This document shows, in pieces, positions 1 through 8,314 of a DNA stretch of 64,000 nt (within the stretch, counting starts at the first letter, position 1; each line of letters starts with the position of its first letter). Both the position numbers and the translations under genes were made by a program. Source of the stretch: Acidimicrobiaceae bacterium UBA2093. GTDB taxonomy: Bacteria; Actinomycetota; Acidimicrobiia; Acidimicrobiales; Ilumatobacteraceae. Location of the stretch: the NCBI GenBank assembly GCA_002331255.1, contig DCZD01000002.1, forward strand, positions 101,077 to 165,076, written 5' to 3'. The notes under the pieces were generated by a model. That model was not told where the DNA came from and made no database searches. It saw nothing but the letters and a program-made list of their open reading frames with translations.

Positions 1-477
1 AATTCCGAGAAGTTCCGCGATGGCCACGAGTGGAAGTTCTGCGGACACTTTCTCGACAAACTCGACATCTTTTTGTTCGACAGCTTCGGCAACTAGTTGG
101 ATCGCAACTTCGCGGAAGTGGTCCTCGAGGGCGCGCATCGCCTTCGGAGTGAATCCACGGTTTACCAGCGTGCGTAGTCGCGTGTGATCCGGCGGATCAG
201 TGTCAATCATCATTCGCGCAGCTTCGAGATCGGGACGGTCTTGCTGCATGAGCGAGCCCTGTCGCGCAGATGAGTACGTCTGGAATTGTCGGCTCACGGT
301 GACGATGTCTTCATGCCGGAAGATGCCCCAGAACCAGTCGGGGAAGCCAGGCTCCATTCCGGGGTGGCGAACAATTGGGGCTTCGCGGCGAAGTAGGTCG
401 TACTGGTCGTATGGAGGCCCGTTGCGGTATGCCTCGTTGCTGATGATGTCGATGTTCGACATGTCAATGGTTGTCAT
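1..477 (-). CDS. cytochrome P450, N-terminal ~159 aa only (gene runs off the left edge); CYP125/CYP142-like class
   Basis: Absent from the ORF track because there is no stop in the window. Reverse-strand translation from ATG 477..475 gives MTTIDMSNIDIISNEAYRNGPPYDQYDLLRREAPIV...FWGIFRHEDIVTVSRQ...DTDPPDHTRLRTLVNRGFTPKAMRALEDHF...AELPLVAIAELLGI. This is the typical first third of a P450 (DPPxHxxxRxxxxxxFTP). The ATG overlaps the upstream stop as ATGA (474-477). Confidence 0.85.
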   Translation of the reverse strand, partial: MTTIDMSNIDIISNEAYRNGPPYDQYDLLRREAPIVRHPGMEPGFPDWFWGIFRHEDIVTVSRQFQTYSSARQGSLMQQDRPDLEAARMMIDTDPPDHTRLRTLVNRGFTPKAMRALEDHFREVAIQLVAEAVEQKDVEFVEKVSAELPLVAIAELLGI

Positions 478-1652
478 CGGTCCACTCCCAAAATGAGGCC
501 ACTCGTCGGAACGCCAGTACCGGCAGACACCAGCACATGTTCCACTCGTGGAATTTGATTGACGCTCGTTCCGCGCACTTGGCGCACGCCTTCGGCGATG
601 CCGTTCATGCCGTGGATGTATGCCTCGCCCAATTGACCGCCGTGGGTGTTCAAAGGAAGATCGCCACCAAGTTCGATGTTTCCGTTCTTGATGAAGTCTT
701 TCGCCTCGCCACGCTTGCAGAACCCGAATTCCTCGAGCTGCATGAGCACGTAAGGGGAAAAGTGGTCATACAACACCGCAGTCTGGATGTCGGCAGGTGT
801 GAGCCCGCTTGATGACCACAGTTCATCGGCGACGATTTTCATCTCTGGCAACTGGGCAATGTCATCGCGGTAGAAGCTGGTCATGGTCCATTGGTCTTTG
901 CCAGCACCTTGTGCGACTGCATCGATCATGACCGGCTTTTGTTTGAGGTCTCGTGCACGCTCTGGAGTTGTGACGATGATGGCTTGAGCACCGTCACTCT
1001 CTTGACAGCAGTCGAAGAGATGCAGTGGGTCGACAATCCAGCGGCTCTGTTGGTGTTCTTCCAGCGTGATGGGCTGGTTATAGAACCATGCAGCTGGGTT
1101 CGTGGCTGCGTGCTTACGCATCGCAACTGCAACACGCCCAAAGTCCTCACTGGTTGCGCCGTACAAGTGCATGTAGCGACGTGCAACCATTGCCACCCAC
1201 GACGCCGGGGTGAGAAGTCCCTGGGACGAGGTGTACGAGAACTGGGCGCGCTCAGCCGTCGCAGCGTTCGGAAGGTCTTGTACTCCCGCGCCGAAACGGC
1301 GTCCACTGCGCTCGTTGAATGCGCGGTAACACACAACGACGTCAGCGGCACCGGTGGCCACAGCCATTGTCGCCAAGGCGATAGTGCCGCATGCCGCTCC
1401 GCCGCCGTAGTGCACTCGCGAGAAGTGGCGCAGTCCACCAATTCCCACGTTTCGTGCGATTTCAACATCTGGGTTGTTGTCCGTCGAATAGGTGACCATT
1501 CCGTCGACGTCACTTGGTGTGAGGCCGGCATCATCGATTGCAGCACTGACTGCTTCGACGGCCAACTTCATCTCACTGCGGCCTGAATCCTTCGAGAACT
1601 CGGTAGCTCCGATTCCGCAGATTGCTGCGGTGCGTCCAAGTTTGTTGCTCAT
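474..1652 (-). CDS. ltp2: SCP-x-type thiolase-like lipid-transfer protein, Ltp2-like steroid side-chain retro-aldolase
   Basis: 392-aa ORF with GIGATEFSK, HYGGGAACG and NTHGGQLGEAYIHGMNGIAEGVRQVRGTS, the signature of the nonspecific-lipid-transfer/thiolase-like family. It has 4-nt ATGA overlaps with both neighbours. It sits beside MaoC and MaoC-DUF35 genes, as in the mycobacterial igr locus. Confidence 0.85.
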   Translation of the reverse strand: MSNKLGRTAAICGIGATEFSKDSGRSEMKLAVEAVSAAIDDAGLTPSDVDGMVTYSTDNNPDVEIARNVGIGGLRHFSRVHYGGGAACGTIALATMAVATGAADVVVCYRAFNERSGRRFGAGVQDLPNAATAERAQFSYTSSQGLLTPASWVAMVARRYMHLYGATSEDFGRVAVAMRKHAATNPAAWFYNQPITLEEHQQSRWIVDPLHLFDCCQESDGAQAIIVTTPERARDLKQKPVMIDAVAQGAGKDQWTMTSFYRDDIAQLPEMKIVADELWSSSGLTPADIQTAVLYDHFSPYVLMQLEEFGFCKRGEAKDFIKNGNIELGGDLPLNTHGGQLGEAYIHGMNGIAEGVRQVRGTSVNQIPRVEHVLVSAGTGVPTSGLILGVDR

Positions 1653-2056
1653 GACAGTTCCACCTCGACAGTCGCATTGACATGATCTCCGAGCGAGTTA
1701 GCCCCACGAATGGCAATGGTCGCGACCTTGCCTTCCATTGCTGTGACTGAGCCAGTCATCTTCATGGTGTCACCTGGGTAATTCGGTGCTCCGAGGCGCA
1801 CCTTCACGCTTCTGATGAGTGCATCGGGTCCGGCCCAGTCGGTGATGTAGCGACCGACGAAGCTGTTTGTGGTGAGGATGTTCATGATGATGTCCTTTGA
1901 ACCACGCTCTACGGCAAGGCCCGGATCATGGTGGACTTCTTGGTAGTCACGTGTTGCAATTGCCGTCGCGACTATGAGAGTGCGCGTGAGTGGAATGTCG
2001 AGACCTGGAAGTTCGTCTCCGGCCTTGACCTTTGAATGCGAAAGTGAAGTCTTCAT
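1649..2056 (-). CDS. chsH1: MaoC-like (R)-specific enoyl-CoA hydratase, small subunit (ChsH1-like)
   Basis: Track ORF 1649..2197 is trimmed to the internal ATG 2056 (MKTSLSHSKVKAGDELPG...), which overlaps the upstream stop as ATGA. The discarded 47 aa are Arg/Pro-rich off-gene sequence. Hot-dog pattern ATRDYQEVHHDP is present. Length is about 135 aa. Confidence 0.8.
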   Translation of the reverse strand: MKTSLSHSKVKAGDELPGLDIPLTRTLIVATAIATRDYQEVHHDPGLAVERGSKDIIMNILTTNSFVGRYITDWAGPDALIRSVKVRLGAPNYPGDTMKMTGSVTAMEGKVATIAIRGANSLGDHVNATVEVELS

Positions 2057-3165
2057 CGTGATGCGATCAACTTTCCGAGTCGGGAGAGGTGCTGGCTTGC
2101 GCCCCCAAGTTCTGTGGAGATCTGAATTCCCCAGAGGAAGTAGCGGTGTACGGGGTAGGAGATGTCGGCACCGATACCGCCGTGGAGATGCTGGCATGCG
2201 ATGACGATTGAGTGGCCACCCTCGGTCGCCCAGTACATCGCCACAAGGACGTCTTGACGTGCGTCAAAACCCTCTGCCATGCGCCACGCCGCATTCAATG
2301 TGGTGACGCGAATTGCTTCGGTAGTTACGTATTGGTCGGCGGCGCGCACCGCGACTGCCTGCTGGGCGGAAAGTGGCTTGTTGAATTGAGTACGAGTCTT
2401 CACGTGCTCGCTCATGATGCCGATGGCACCTTGGGAGATTCCGAGTTGAAGTGCACAGAGTCCGACTAATGCATGTTCATGAACCCAACGCAGGGCTTCG
2501 CGACCGTTCCCTTGGAGGCCGGCGACGATGTGGGTGTTTGGCACGACGACATCGAAGTCGATGTTCGCGGTCGGCTGACGATTGCTTGCCTCGACTGGTG
2601 TGATCGTCACGCCGGAAGCTTTCAAGTCGACAAGTGCCAGAACAATTGAGTCATCGGCGCGCTTGGCAGACACCAACACGTGCGATGCATGCGGGGCGAA
2701 ACCAACTGCCGGCTTGCCGCCCGAGAGCTTTACGCCTCCCTCGCTGTCTTCAGCGAGGACTGATGGGTTCATGACGTCGTTTGCGCCATAGTTCGCCAAG
2801 GCCAACGCGACCACGTTCTTGCCCTCGACGACTTCCGAAAGAAGATTCGACTGGAGCTCCTTCGAGCCGTATTCGGCGATCGCCATCGAAGCAACAGACG
2901 TTGACCACAGTGGCACCGATGCCACGGTTTTTCCTTGTTGCTCGAGTACGAGTACCAACTCGACCATGTTCATGTTGAGTCCACCGAACTCCTCAGGCAG
3001 ACACAAACCGAGGAGTCCAGCCTTGGCGAGTTCGTTCCACAGTGCGCGGTCGAACCCGTCACCGGATTCGACGTCAATCACACGGTCTACCGTCGATTGA
3101 CCACTAAAGATTTGTGCTGCAAGATCGCTGATGACTTGCTGTTCATCTGACAGATCGAAATTCAT
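2053..3165 (-). CDS. acyl-CoA dehydrogenase family protein, short beta-type subunit
   Basis: Trimmed to ATG 3165 (MNFDLSDEQQV...) with GAAGGAA about 8 nt upstream. ACAD fold is visible (...HLHGGIGADISYP...). The C-terminal G-G-T-x-E catalytic motif is missing (reads ELGGASQHL). Confidence 0.8.
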   Translation of the reverse strand: MNFDLSDEQQVISDLAAQIFSGQSTVDRVIDVESGDGFDRALWNELAKAGLLGLCLPEEFGGLNMNMVELVLVLEQQGKTVASVPLWSTSVASMAIAEYGSKELQSNLLSEVVEGKNVVALALANYGANDVMNPSVLAEDSEGGVKLSGGKPAVGFAPHASHVLVSAKRADDSIVLALVDLKASGVTITPVEASNRQPTANIDFDVVVPNTHIVAGLQGNGREALRWVHEHALVGLCALQLGISQGAIGIMSEHVKTRTQFNKPLSAQQAVAVRAADQYVTTEAIRVTTLNAAWRMAEGFDARQDVLVAMYWATEGGHSIVIACQHLHGGIGADISYPVHRYFLWGIQISTELGGASQHLSRLGKLIASR

Positions 3166-3196
3166 CTCGTATGTTCCTTCACTTCGCTGACGGTGT

Positions 3197-4156
3197 TCAC
3201 TTCGCCAGGCGGGCGAATGGCAGGGACAGGTCTGGGTCGCACTTGTGCACCTCGATAGTGACTTTGCGTCCAATCTGCAGATCTTCTGGAGTTGCATCAA
3301 TCGGGTTCATGACCATACGGACACCTTCGTCGAGGTCGACGAGAAGAATCGGCAGCGGATAATCGAAACTTGGCACGACGGGGTAGTGCGTCACTACGTA
3401 GCTATGAATCGAACCAGTTCCCTTGGCTTCAATCGAGTCCCATTCCATGCTGCGACACGACGCACACATTGGGTGTGGTGGATTACGCAGCTCGCCGCAT
3501 CCCTTGCAACGTTGAATGAGCAACGTGCCATCCTTCAACGCATCGAACCACCAACTGTTGTCGTGGGTAGTGGCTGGGGCCGGTCGTGGGGGCTTTGGCT
3601 TCGACTTTGCGGCCGGTCGGAAGCGGATGATGCGGAACAACATCGAACCGACACGGTTGCCATCGGCGTCCCAGTAGTCCTGACGAGTCGTTACAAAGTG
3701 GCCTGTACCGAGGCCGGTCGTCTTTTCTTCACTGATCGAGTCGATAGTTGTGGTCATCGACAGGCGATCACCCGGCTTTACGTATCGGTCGTAAACCTGC
3801 TCGCAGTTCGTTGCGACGACGCTGGTGAAACCTTTGGAAAACAGAAGACGGTTCATCTGCTCGTACGGGCCGTCACCTTCGTTGCTGCGCGGAGTGATTC
3901 CGTGCATAACCCACGCCTGAAGCATGGTGGGTGGTGCGACGACTTCGCCATGACGCGATGCCTTAGCCGCGGCCTCATCGAGATAGATCGGATTCTCATC
4001 CCCGACGGCCTCCACGAGGTGGCGAATCATGGGGATGTTCACCTCGTCTGGAGCGGGCTGGGGCGGGCCGATTTGCAAGCCGACGAAGCCTTGGAGCTGT
4101 TCGTAGAAGGCCTTCTTGTCAGCGTCTGTTTCTTGTTGTGTTTGTGACACGGTCAT
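3197..4156 (-). CDS. chsH2: MaoC-like hydratase fused to a C-terminal DUF35 OB-fold/zinc-ribbon domain (ChsH2 architecture)
   Basis: The N-terminal hot-dog half (NIPMIRHLVEAVGDENPIYLD...) is followed by CKGCGELRNPPHPMCASC (CxxC-x10-CxxC) and an OB-fold tail. Start is set to ATG 4156 (MTVSQ...), which forms an ATGA overlap with the upstream stop. ATG 4177 is the alternative start. Confidence 0.8.
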   Translation of the reverse strand: MTVSQTQQETDADKKAFYEQLQGFVGLQIGPPQPAPDEVNIPMIRHLVEAVGDENPIYLDEAAAKASRHGEVVAPPTMLQAWVMHGITPRSNEGDGPYEQMNRLLFSKGFTSVVATNCEQVYDRYVKPGDRLSMTTTIDSISEEKTTGLGTGHFVTTRQDYWDADGNRVGSMLFRIIRFRPAAKSKPKPPRPAPATTHDNSWWFDALKDGTLLIQRCKGCGELRNPPHPMCASCRSMEWDSIEAKGTGSIHSYVVTHYPVVPSFDYPLPILLVDLDEGVRMVMNPIDATPEDLQIGRKVTIEVHKCDPDLSLPFARLAK

Positions 4157-5364
4157 CCCTTCGCGAGTGATCGCCATGGTTGGTCTCGATCTACGGACGG
4201 TTCGCGTGGCAGACCAAGTCCGCGCTCACCAATGATGTTTTGTTGCACTTCGTTCGTGCCGCCGCCGAGCCTTATGGCGAACTGCCCGAGAAGATTGTGT
4301 TGCCAATGCAGTGCGTCACCAGCAGCGTCACCGCTGATCATGCCGTGAGCACCGGCTATGTCCATCGCAACGTCCATGGTGCGCGACCAGTGCCGTGCAT
4401 ATGCGAGCTTCATGACGAACATTTCGGGCCCGGGCATTGTTCGATTCGATGCGGCCGTGCGTAAGCGATAACCGAGGTAGGTGAGTGTCTGGGCGCGCGC
4501 GTAACATTCGGCCAACTTGCCGCGCACGACGGGGTCTTTATCGAGACCGCGTTCACGAGCAAAGTCAATGAGTTCGTCGACGGACCACGAACTTGAGCCA
4601 CCACCAATGAAGCCACGCTCGCTCGTGAGGGTCGTGTTGGCCACTGCCCATCCACCGTGCAGTCCGCCGACGATGTTCGCCTTCGGAATTCGCACGTCGG
4701 TGAGAAACACTTCGTTGAAGTGGGCGACACCAGTCATTTGCACGAGTGGCCGAACTTCAATGCCTGGGGTCTTCATGTCGACGATGAAGTAGGTGATGCC
4801 CTTGTGTTTTGGAGCGTCTGGTTCGGTGCGTGTCAGCAGAATTCCGTAATCGGCGTACTGGCCCATTGAAGTCCACACCTTCTGGCCGTTGACGATGAAG
4901 TCGTCACCATCTTCAATCGCTCGTGTCGCGACGTTTGCCAGATCGCTTCCCGCGTTCGGCTCGCTGAATAACTGACACCACACGTGTTCGCCACTCAGCA
5001 TCTTTGGAAGGAATTCTTCTTGCTGTTCCGGAGTGCCATGTGCCATGAGCGTCGGACCCACCATGCCGAGGCTGACCGCGAAAAGACCTGTGTGCGTGTC
5101 GAACTTTGCTTGTTCTTCATTGAAGATCGACTCTTGAAGATGCGATCCACCGCGACCACCGAACTGTTTTGGCCAGGAGAGGCCAGCCCAGCCATTGTCA
5201 AACAGGACTCGTTGCCACTTTTTGCATGCGATGGAATGCGCGTCGAGGTCGTCGTGCCAACTACCGCCGTCCTCTGAACGGGGAGATGCATGCTGGCTGA
5301 GCCACGCGCGAGCTTCGGCGCGGAACGCTGCTTCCTCTGGCGAATCGCCGATGTGCATCGACAT
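4153..5364 (-). CDS. acyl-CoA dehydrogenase, long alpha-type subunit
   Basis: 403 aa. The C-terminus GGGTNEVQQNIIGERGLGLP carries the canonical catalytic Glu motif. It is the first gene of the minus-strand operon 5364->1. Confidence 0.9.
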   Translation of the reverse strand: MSMHIGDSPEEAAFRAEARAWLSQHASPRSEDGGSWHDDLDAHSIACKKWQRVLFDNGWAGLSWPKQFGGRGGSHLQESIFNEEQAKFDTHTGLFAVSLGMVGPTLMAHGTPEQQEEFLPKMLSGEHVWCQLFSEPNAGSDLANVATRAIEDGDDFIVNGQKVWTSMGQYADYGILLTRTEPDAPKHKGITYFIVDMKTPGIEVRPLVQMTGVAHFNEVFLTDVRIPKANIVGGLHGGWAVANTTLTSERGFIGGGSSSWSVDELIDFARERGLDKDPVVRGKLAECYARAQTLTYLGYRLRTAASNRTMPGPEMFVMKLAYARHWSRTMDVAMDIAGAHGMISGDAAGDALHWQHNLLGQFAIRLGGGTNEVQQNIIGERGLGLPREPSVDRDQPWRSLAKG

Positions 5365-5507
5365 GTGGATGTGAAACCCCCGACTGGTGTCGCATCGTTC
5401 CTTTAGGGCTCGTTACGACGGGAAAACCTTGATTCCGGACAGTTCGCACAGTCTGGCAGACGGGCGTCGCCATCGTTCAAGCGGAACCGGCGTGATAGGA
5501 AACCCCC

Positions 5508-6413
5508 ATGAAATTCTGGTCAGCGACAGCGTTCATGGATGCCCGCCAACTCATCACCGTGGCCCGCCTACTCGACGAGGCGGGGTACCACGGGATCATG
5601 GTGTCGGACCATCTCGTGTACCCGAAGAAACTGGAGAGTAAGTATCCGTACTCGCCATATCCAGATGGTCGACCGATGTGGGACGAGAAAGCCCAGTGGC
5701 CCGACCCGATGGTCCTCATCGGCGCAATGGCTGCCGTCACCAAACAGTTGCACTTCAACACCAACATCTACGTGGCACCGCATCGGCCACTCGTCCAACT
5801 CGCGAAAGAAGTGTCGACGGCAGCGGTTATCTCAGACAACCGCGTCGCACTCGGCGTCGGCGCCGGATGGATGAAAGAAGAGTTCGACCTACATGGGGTC
5901 GACTACGCGACACGCGGCAAGCGACTGAACGAAATGATTCCAGCATTGCGAGCACTATGGGAATCCGGATGGGTGGAATGGCATGGTGAGTTCTTCGATG
6001 TTCCGCTGTGCACGATGGAGCCAACACCAAGTAAGTCAATTCCCATTTACGGTGGGGGCCATACCGACGCCGCGTTGAAGCGCGCAGCACGATTCTGTGA
6101 CGGCTGGATTGGTAACGCGTATCCGTGGGACCAAGCAGAGCATTACGTCGGAAAGTTGAAGGGTTATCTCAAAGAGTTCGGTCGAGAGAACGACGATTTC
6201 GATGTGATGTGCGGCATCTATGCAATGCCATCTGTTGACATGTACAAACGTGCCGAGGAAGAGCTCGGGATCACAAGCATGATTTGCATGCCATGGGCGA
6301 TGGATCAAAACGTGAGCAAGGGTCAGATGGAAGGCCTCAACCTGTCAGCAGATGATTATCGTCCGTCAATCGAGAATTTCGCTGAGGACATCTTGTCGCG
6401 AGTTCAACACTGA
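5508..6413 (+). CDS. LLM-class (luciferase-like) flavin/F420-dependent oxidoreductase
   Basis: 301 aa, MKFWSATAF..., VALGVGAGWMKEEF, IPIYGGGHTDAALKRAARFCDGWIG. AGGAAA lies 6 nt upstream of the ATG. The cofactor (F420 or FMN) cannot be decided from the sequence. Confidence 0.85.
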   Translation: MKFWSATAFMDARQLITVARLLDEAGYHGIMVSDHLVYPKKLESKYPYSPYPDGRPMWDEKAQWPDPMVLIGAMAAVTKQLHFNTNIYVAPHRPLVQLAKEVSTAAVISDNRVALGVGAGWMKEEFDLHGVDYATRGKRLNEMIPALRALWESGWVEWHGEFFDVPLCTMEPTPSKSIPIYGGGHTDAALKRAARFCDGWIGNAYPWDQAEHYVGKLKGYLKEFGRENDDFDVMCGIYAMPSVDMYKRAEEELGITSMICMPWAMDQNVSKGQMEGLNLSADDYRPSIENFAEDILSRVQH

Positions 6414-6437
6414 TACATCGCAAGTTGCGCTGTCGGG

Positions 6438-7667
6438 TCAGCCGATTGCTCCAGATTCGCGCACCTTTGCAATAGCCGCAGCGTCCATGCCGAGTACGTC
6501 GCGCAACACCTCTTCGGTGTGTTGACCGCATGTTGGCGCCCGCGATGGAATGGGAAGTTCCTCACCGTCGACGTGCAATGGGAAAAGCATCATCTCTGAT
6601 CCGGTCTGTTCTTTCGTGGTCCAGGTGAAGCGATCTTTGAACTGTGGATCATTGACAACGGTCTTTGGTGTATTCACCGCAGCAAGTGTGGTGTTGTGCT
6701 CGTTTCCGAAGTCGATCCACTCTTCTGTCGTCTTGGTGAGAAAAATGGTCTTCAGTTCGGCTTGCAACTCAAGATTCCCGCGCGCGTGGTCGCCATAGGT
6801 GGCACCTGGCCACTTCTCGAACATGTCCATGCGTCCGATGCCATTGCAGAAGTTCTTCCAGAACGCCTGCTCGCTTGCCATAAACAAGACGTGACCGTTC
6901 TTGCTCTTGTACAGCTGGTAGCGAACACCTGGCCACATTCCGGCGAGGCCCGGTTCGCGACGTTCGTAGTTGTCGCTCGGGTTGCCAGTGACCTCGCTCT
7001 GAGGACGATCGTAGGCCTTGTACGTCTCGATGCGGTACCAGTCGAAATATGCAGCCGCATCGCTCTGTGCAATTTCCATTGCTGCTGCCTCACCTGTGGT
7101 GCGAGCGCGCACCAGTGCGGCCAGGATTGCCATGGCGCCGAATGCAGGGCCTGCAACGATGCCGACGTTGGCCTGATTGGGGATGCGTTCAAAACCAAGT
7201 TCGTCAGTCACGGGTGCGAGTACGCCGCTCCAGGTGTCATAAGCAATTCCGTGTGACGGGAGATTGCGGTACGGGCCTGTGGCTCCGTATCCGGAAATCG
7301 AACAGAACACGATGCGCGGGTTCAGTTCTTTCAATTTGTCAAATCCGAAACCAATCTTGTTCAAGAAGCCTGGGCGCATAGCTTCGATGACGACGTCAGC
7401 TGATTTGATGAGCTCGGCAAAGATGCGCTTTCCCTCGTCATTCTTCAGGTCGAGAACAACAGACTTCTTCCCACGGTTGATGTGGTGATGAAGAAGCGAC
7501 TCACCTTCGACAATCGGCCACGTCATCTGGCGTCCGTAGTCACCAGCGGGTGATTCGATTTTGATGACTTCCGCACCGAAGTCGACCATGTGGCCGGCAA
7601 GCGCCGCCGGTCCGAGGAGCGAGCAGTCGATGACTCGAATGCCGGAGAGGAAACCCTGTGTCGTCAT
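6438..7667 (-). CDS. family III CoA-transferase (CaiB/BaiF/alpha-methylacyl-CoA racemase superfamily)
   Basis: 409 aa. The N-terminus GIRVIDCSLLGPAALAGHMVDFGAEVIKIESPAGDYGR is the family hallmark. Confidence 0.85.
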   Translation of the reverse strand: MTTQGFLSGIRVIDCSLLGPAALAGHMVDFGAEVIKIESPAGDYGRQMTWPIVEGESLLHHHINRGKKSVVLDLKNDEGKRIFAELIKSADVVIEAMRPGFLNKIGFGFDKLKELNPRIVFCSISGYGATGPYRNLPSHGIAYDTWSGVLAPVTDELGFERIPNQANVGIVAGPAFGAMAILAALVRARTTGEAAAMEIAQSDAAAYFDWYRIETYKAYDRPQSEVTGNPSDNYERREPGLAGMWPGVRYQLYKSKNGHVLFMASEQAFWKNFCNGIGRMDMFEKWPGATYGDHARGNLELQAELKTIFLTKTTEEWIDFGNEHNTTLAAVNTPKTVVNDPQFKDRFTWTTKEQTGSEMMLFPLHVDGEELPIPSRAPTCGQHTEEVLRDVLGMDAAAIAKVRESGAIG

Positions 7668-7720
7668 AAGAAGTGATGATCCTTCGTGGGAGCTGTGTGG
7701 ACAGTCTTGCAGAGTGGCGT

Positions 7721-8232
7721 TCAGCCGAGCCAGACGATGGTCTGCATCTCGGTATACGCATGCATTCCGAAGTCATCGCGGTCTCGGCTCACACCGGACA
7801 ATGTGAAGCCTCGAAGGGGGCTTCATCGTTGCGTTGGGCCGTATGGACGCCGACATTTCCATTACGAAGCTGTCGTGCCACCTGGTAAGCGCGACCTGTG
7901 TCGCCACTGAATACGCAGTCATCGAGACCAAAGTCAGTGCCATTCGACATTGCGATGGCGTCTTCCTCGTCGTCAAACGGAAGTGCGACGACGACAACCG
8001 TGGCACCTTCTTCGGCGCCCTTTGCGGTGTATCCCTCGATGCGACCACGTTGTGCACCGGAGATGATGGGCCCCACCATGGTGTCGAGGTCTATTGGTGC
8101 GCCGACCTTGAGTGACGTTGCTGCACCTACGAGCTTTTCCACAACTTTGTCGTACGTCTTGTCACTGGCTTGGTTCCCCAAAAGGAGACCGATGGTACAA
8201 TCTGACGGACCGTCAGAAATCATTGCCGACAA
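7721..8232 (-). pseudogene. aldehyde dehydrogenase remnant, with 5' truncation, an internal in-frame deletion and a 1-nt frameshift
   Basis: ORF 7789..8232 encodes only the catalytic-Cys-to-C-terminus part of an ALDH (..DCTIGLLLGN..KVGAPIDLDTMVGPIISGAQRGRIEGYTAKGAEEGA|TVVVVALPFDDEEDAIAMSNGTDFGL..APF). The ~70 aa normally between EEGA and PFDDE are absent. After APF the frame breaks (..APFEASHCPV*). The next frame continues GFTLSGVSRDRDDFGMHAYTEMQTIVWLG* to the stop at 7721-7723. The N-terminal ~280 aa of a normal ALDH are missing. Confidence 0.75.
8201..8217. promoter_or_regulatory. palindromic operator candidate TCTGACGGACCGTCAGA (copy A)
   Basis: Perfect 6+6 inverted repeat with a 5-nt spacer, 98 nt upstream of the ATG at 8315. 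It is one of four copies in the window. Confidence 0.55.
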
Positions 8233-8314
8233 GACCTAGAGCTGTTTCCTGGGGTTGTTCGCGCTGATTACTCGGATGCAAATCATCTTCAATTAAGGGG
8301 AAGAGGACGAGGAC

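Noticed and set aside
1649-2197. Long N-terminal extensions in ORF-track entries: 1649..2197, 2053..3300, 15622..16452, 28964..30001, 32967..33908, 36787..38094, 41685..42530, 44568..45536, 55710..56816, 56822..57265 and 57189..58013.
   Set aside because: The extensions run through the upstream gene or intergenic DNA and are Arg/Pro-rich. Internal ATG/GTG codons with a Shine-Dalgarno sequence or an ATGA stop/start overlap give proteins of normal family length. Trimmed coordinates are reported instead.
3245-4147. 300-aa plus-strand ORF antisense to the MaoC-DUF35 gene. Similar long shadow ORFs are 891..1586 (+), 926..1546 (-), 10873..11523 (-), 11608..12327 (-), 24695..25336 (+), 29437..30273 (-), 34074..34757 (+), 34160..34807 (+), 36713..37474 (-), 37225..38001 (+), 38541..39188 (+), 42356..43114 (-) and 59580..60203 (-).
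   Set aside because: Each lies entirely inside, or out of frame with, a gene that has clear family motifs. Their translations are Arg/Ser/Pro/Cys-rich low-complexity strings with no recognisable motif. This is the usual open-frame artefact of GC-rich DNA.
5365-5507. KstR (TnnAACnnGTTnnA) or KstR2 (AnCAAGnnCTTGnT) operators upstream of the igr-like operon and in other divergent regions (5365-5507, 55696-55787, 62329-62458, 26319-26400).
   Set aside because: I could not find a match by eye. The 5365-5507 region holds only a short GTCTG-G-CAGAC palindrome (about 5451-5461) and an ATCGTTC direct repeat. Both are too short and unreplicated to call.
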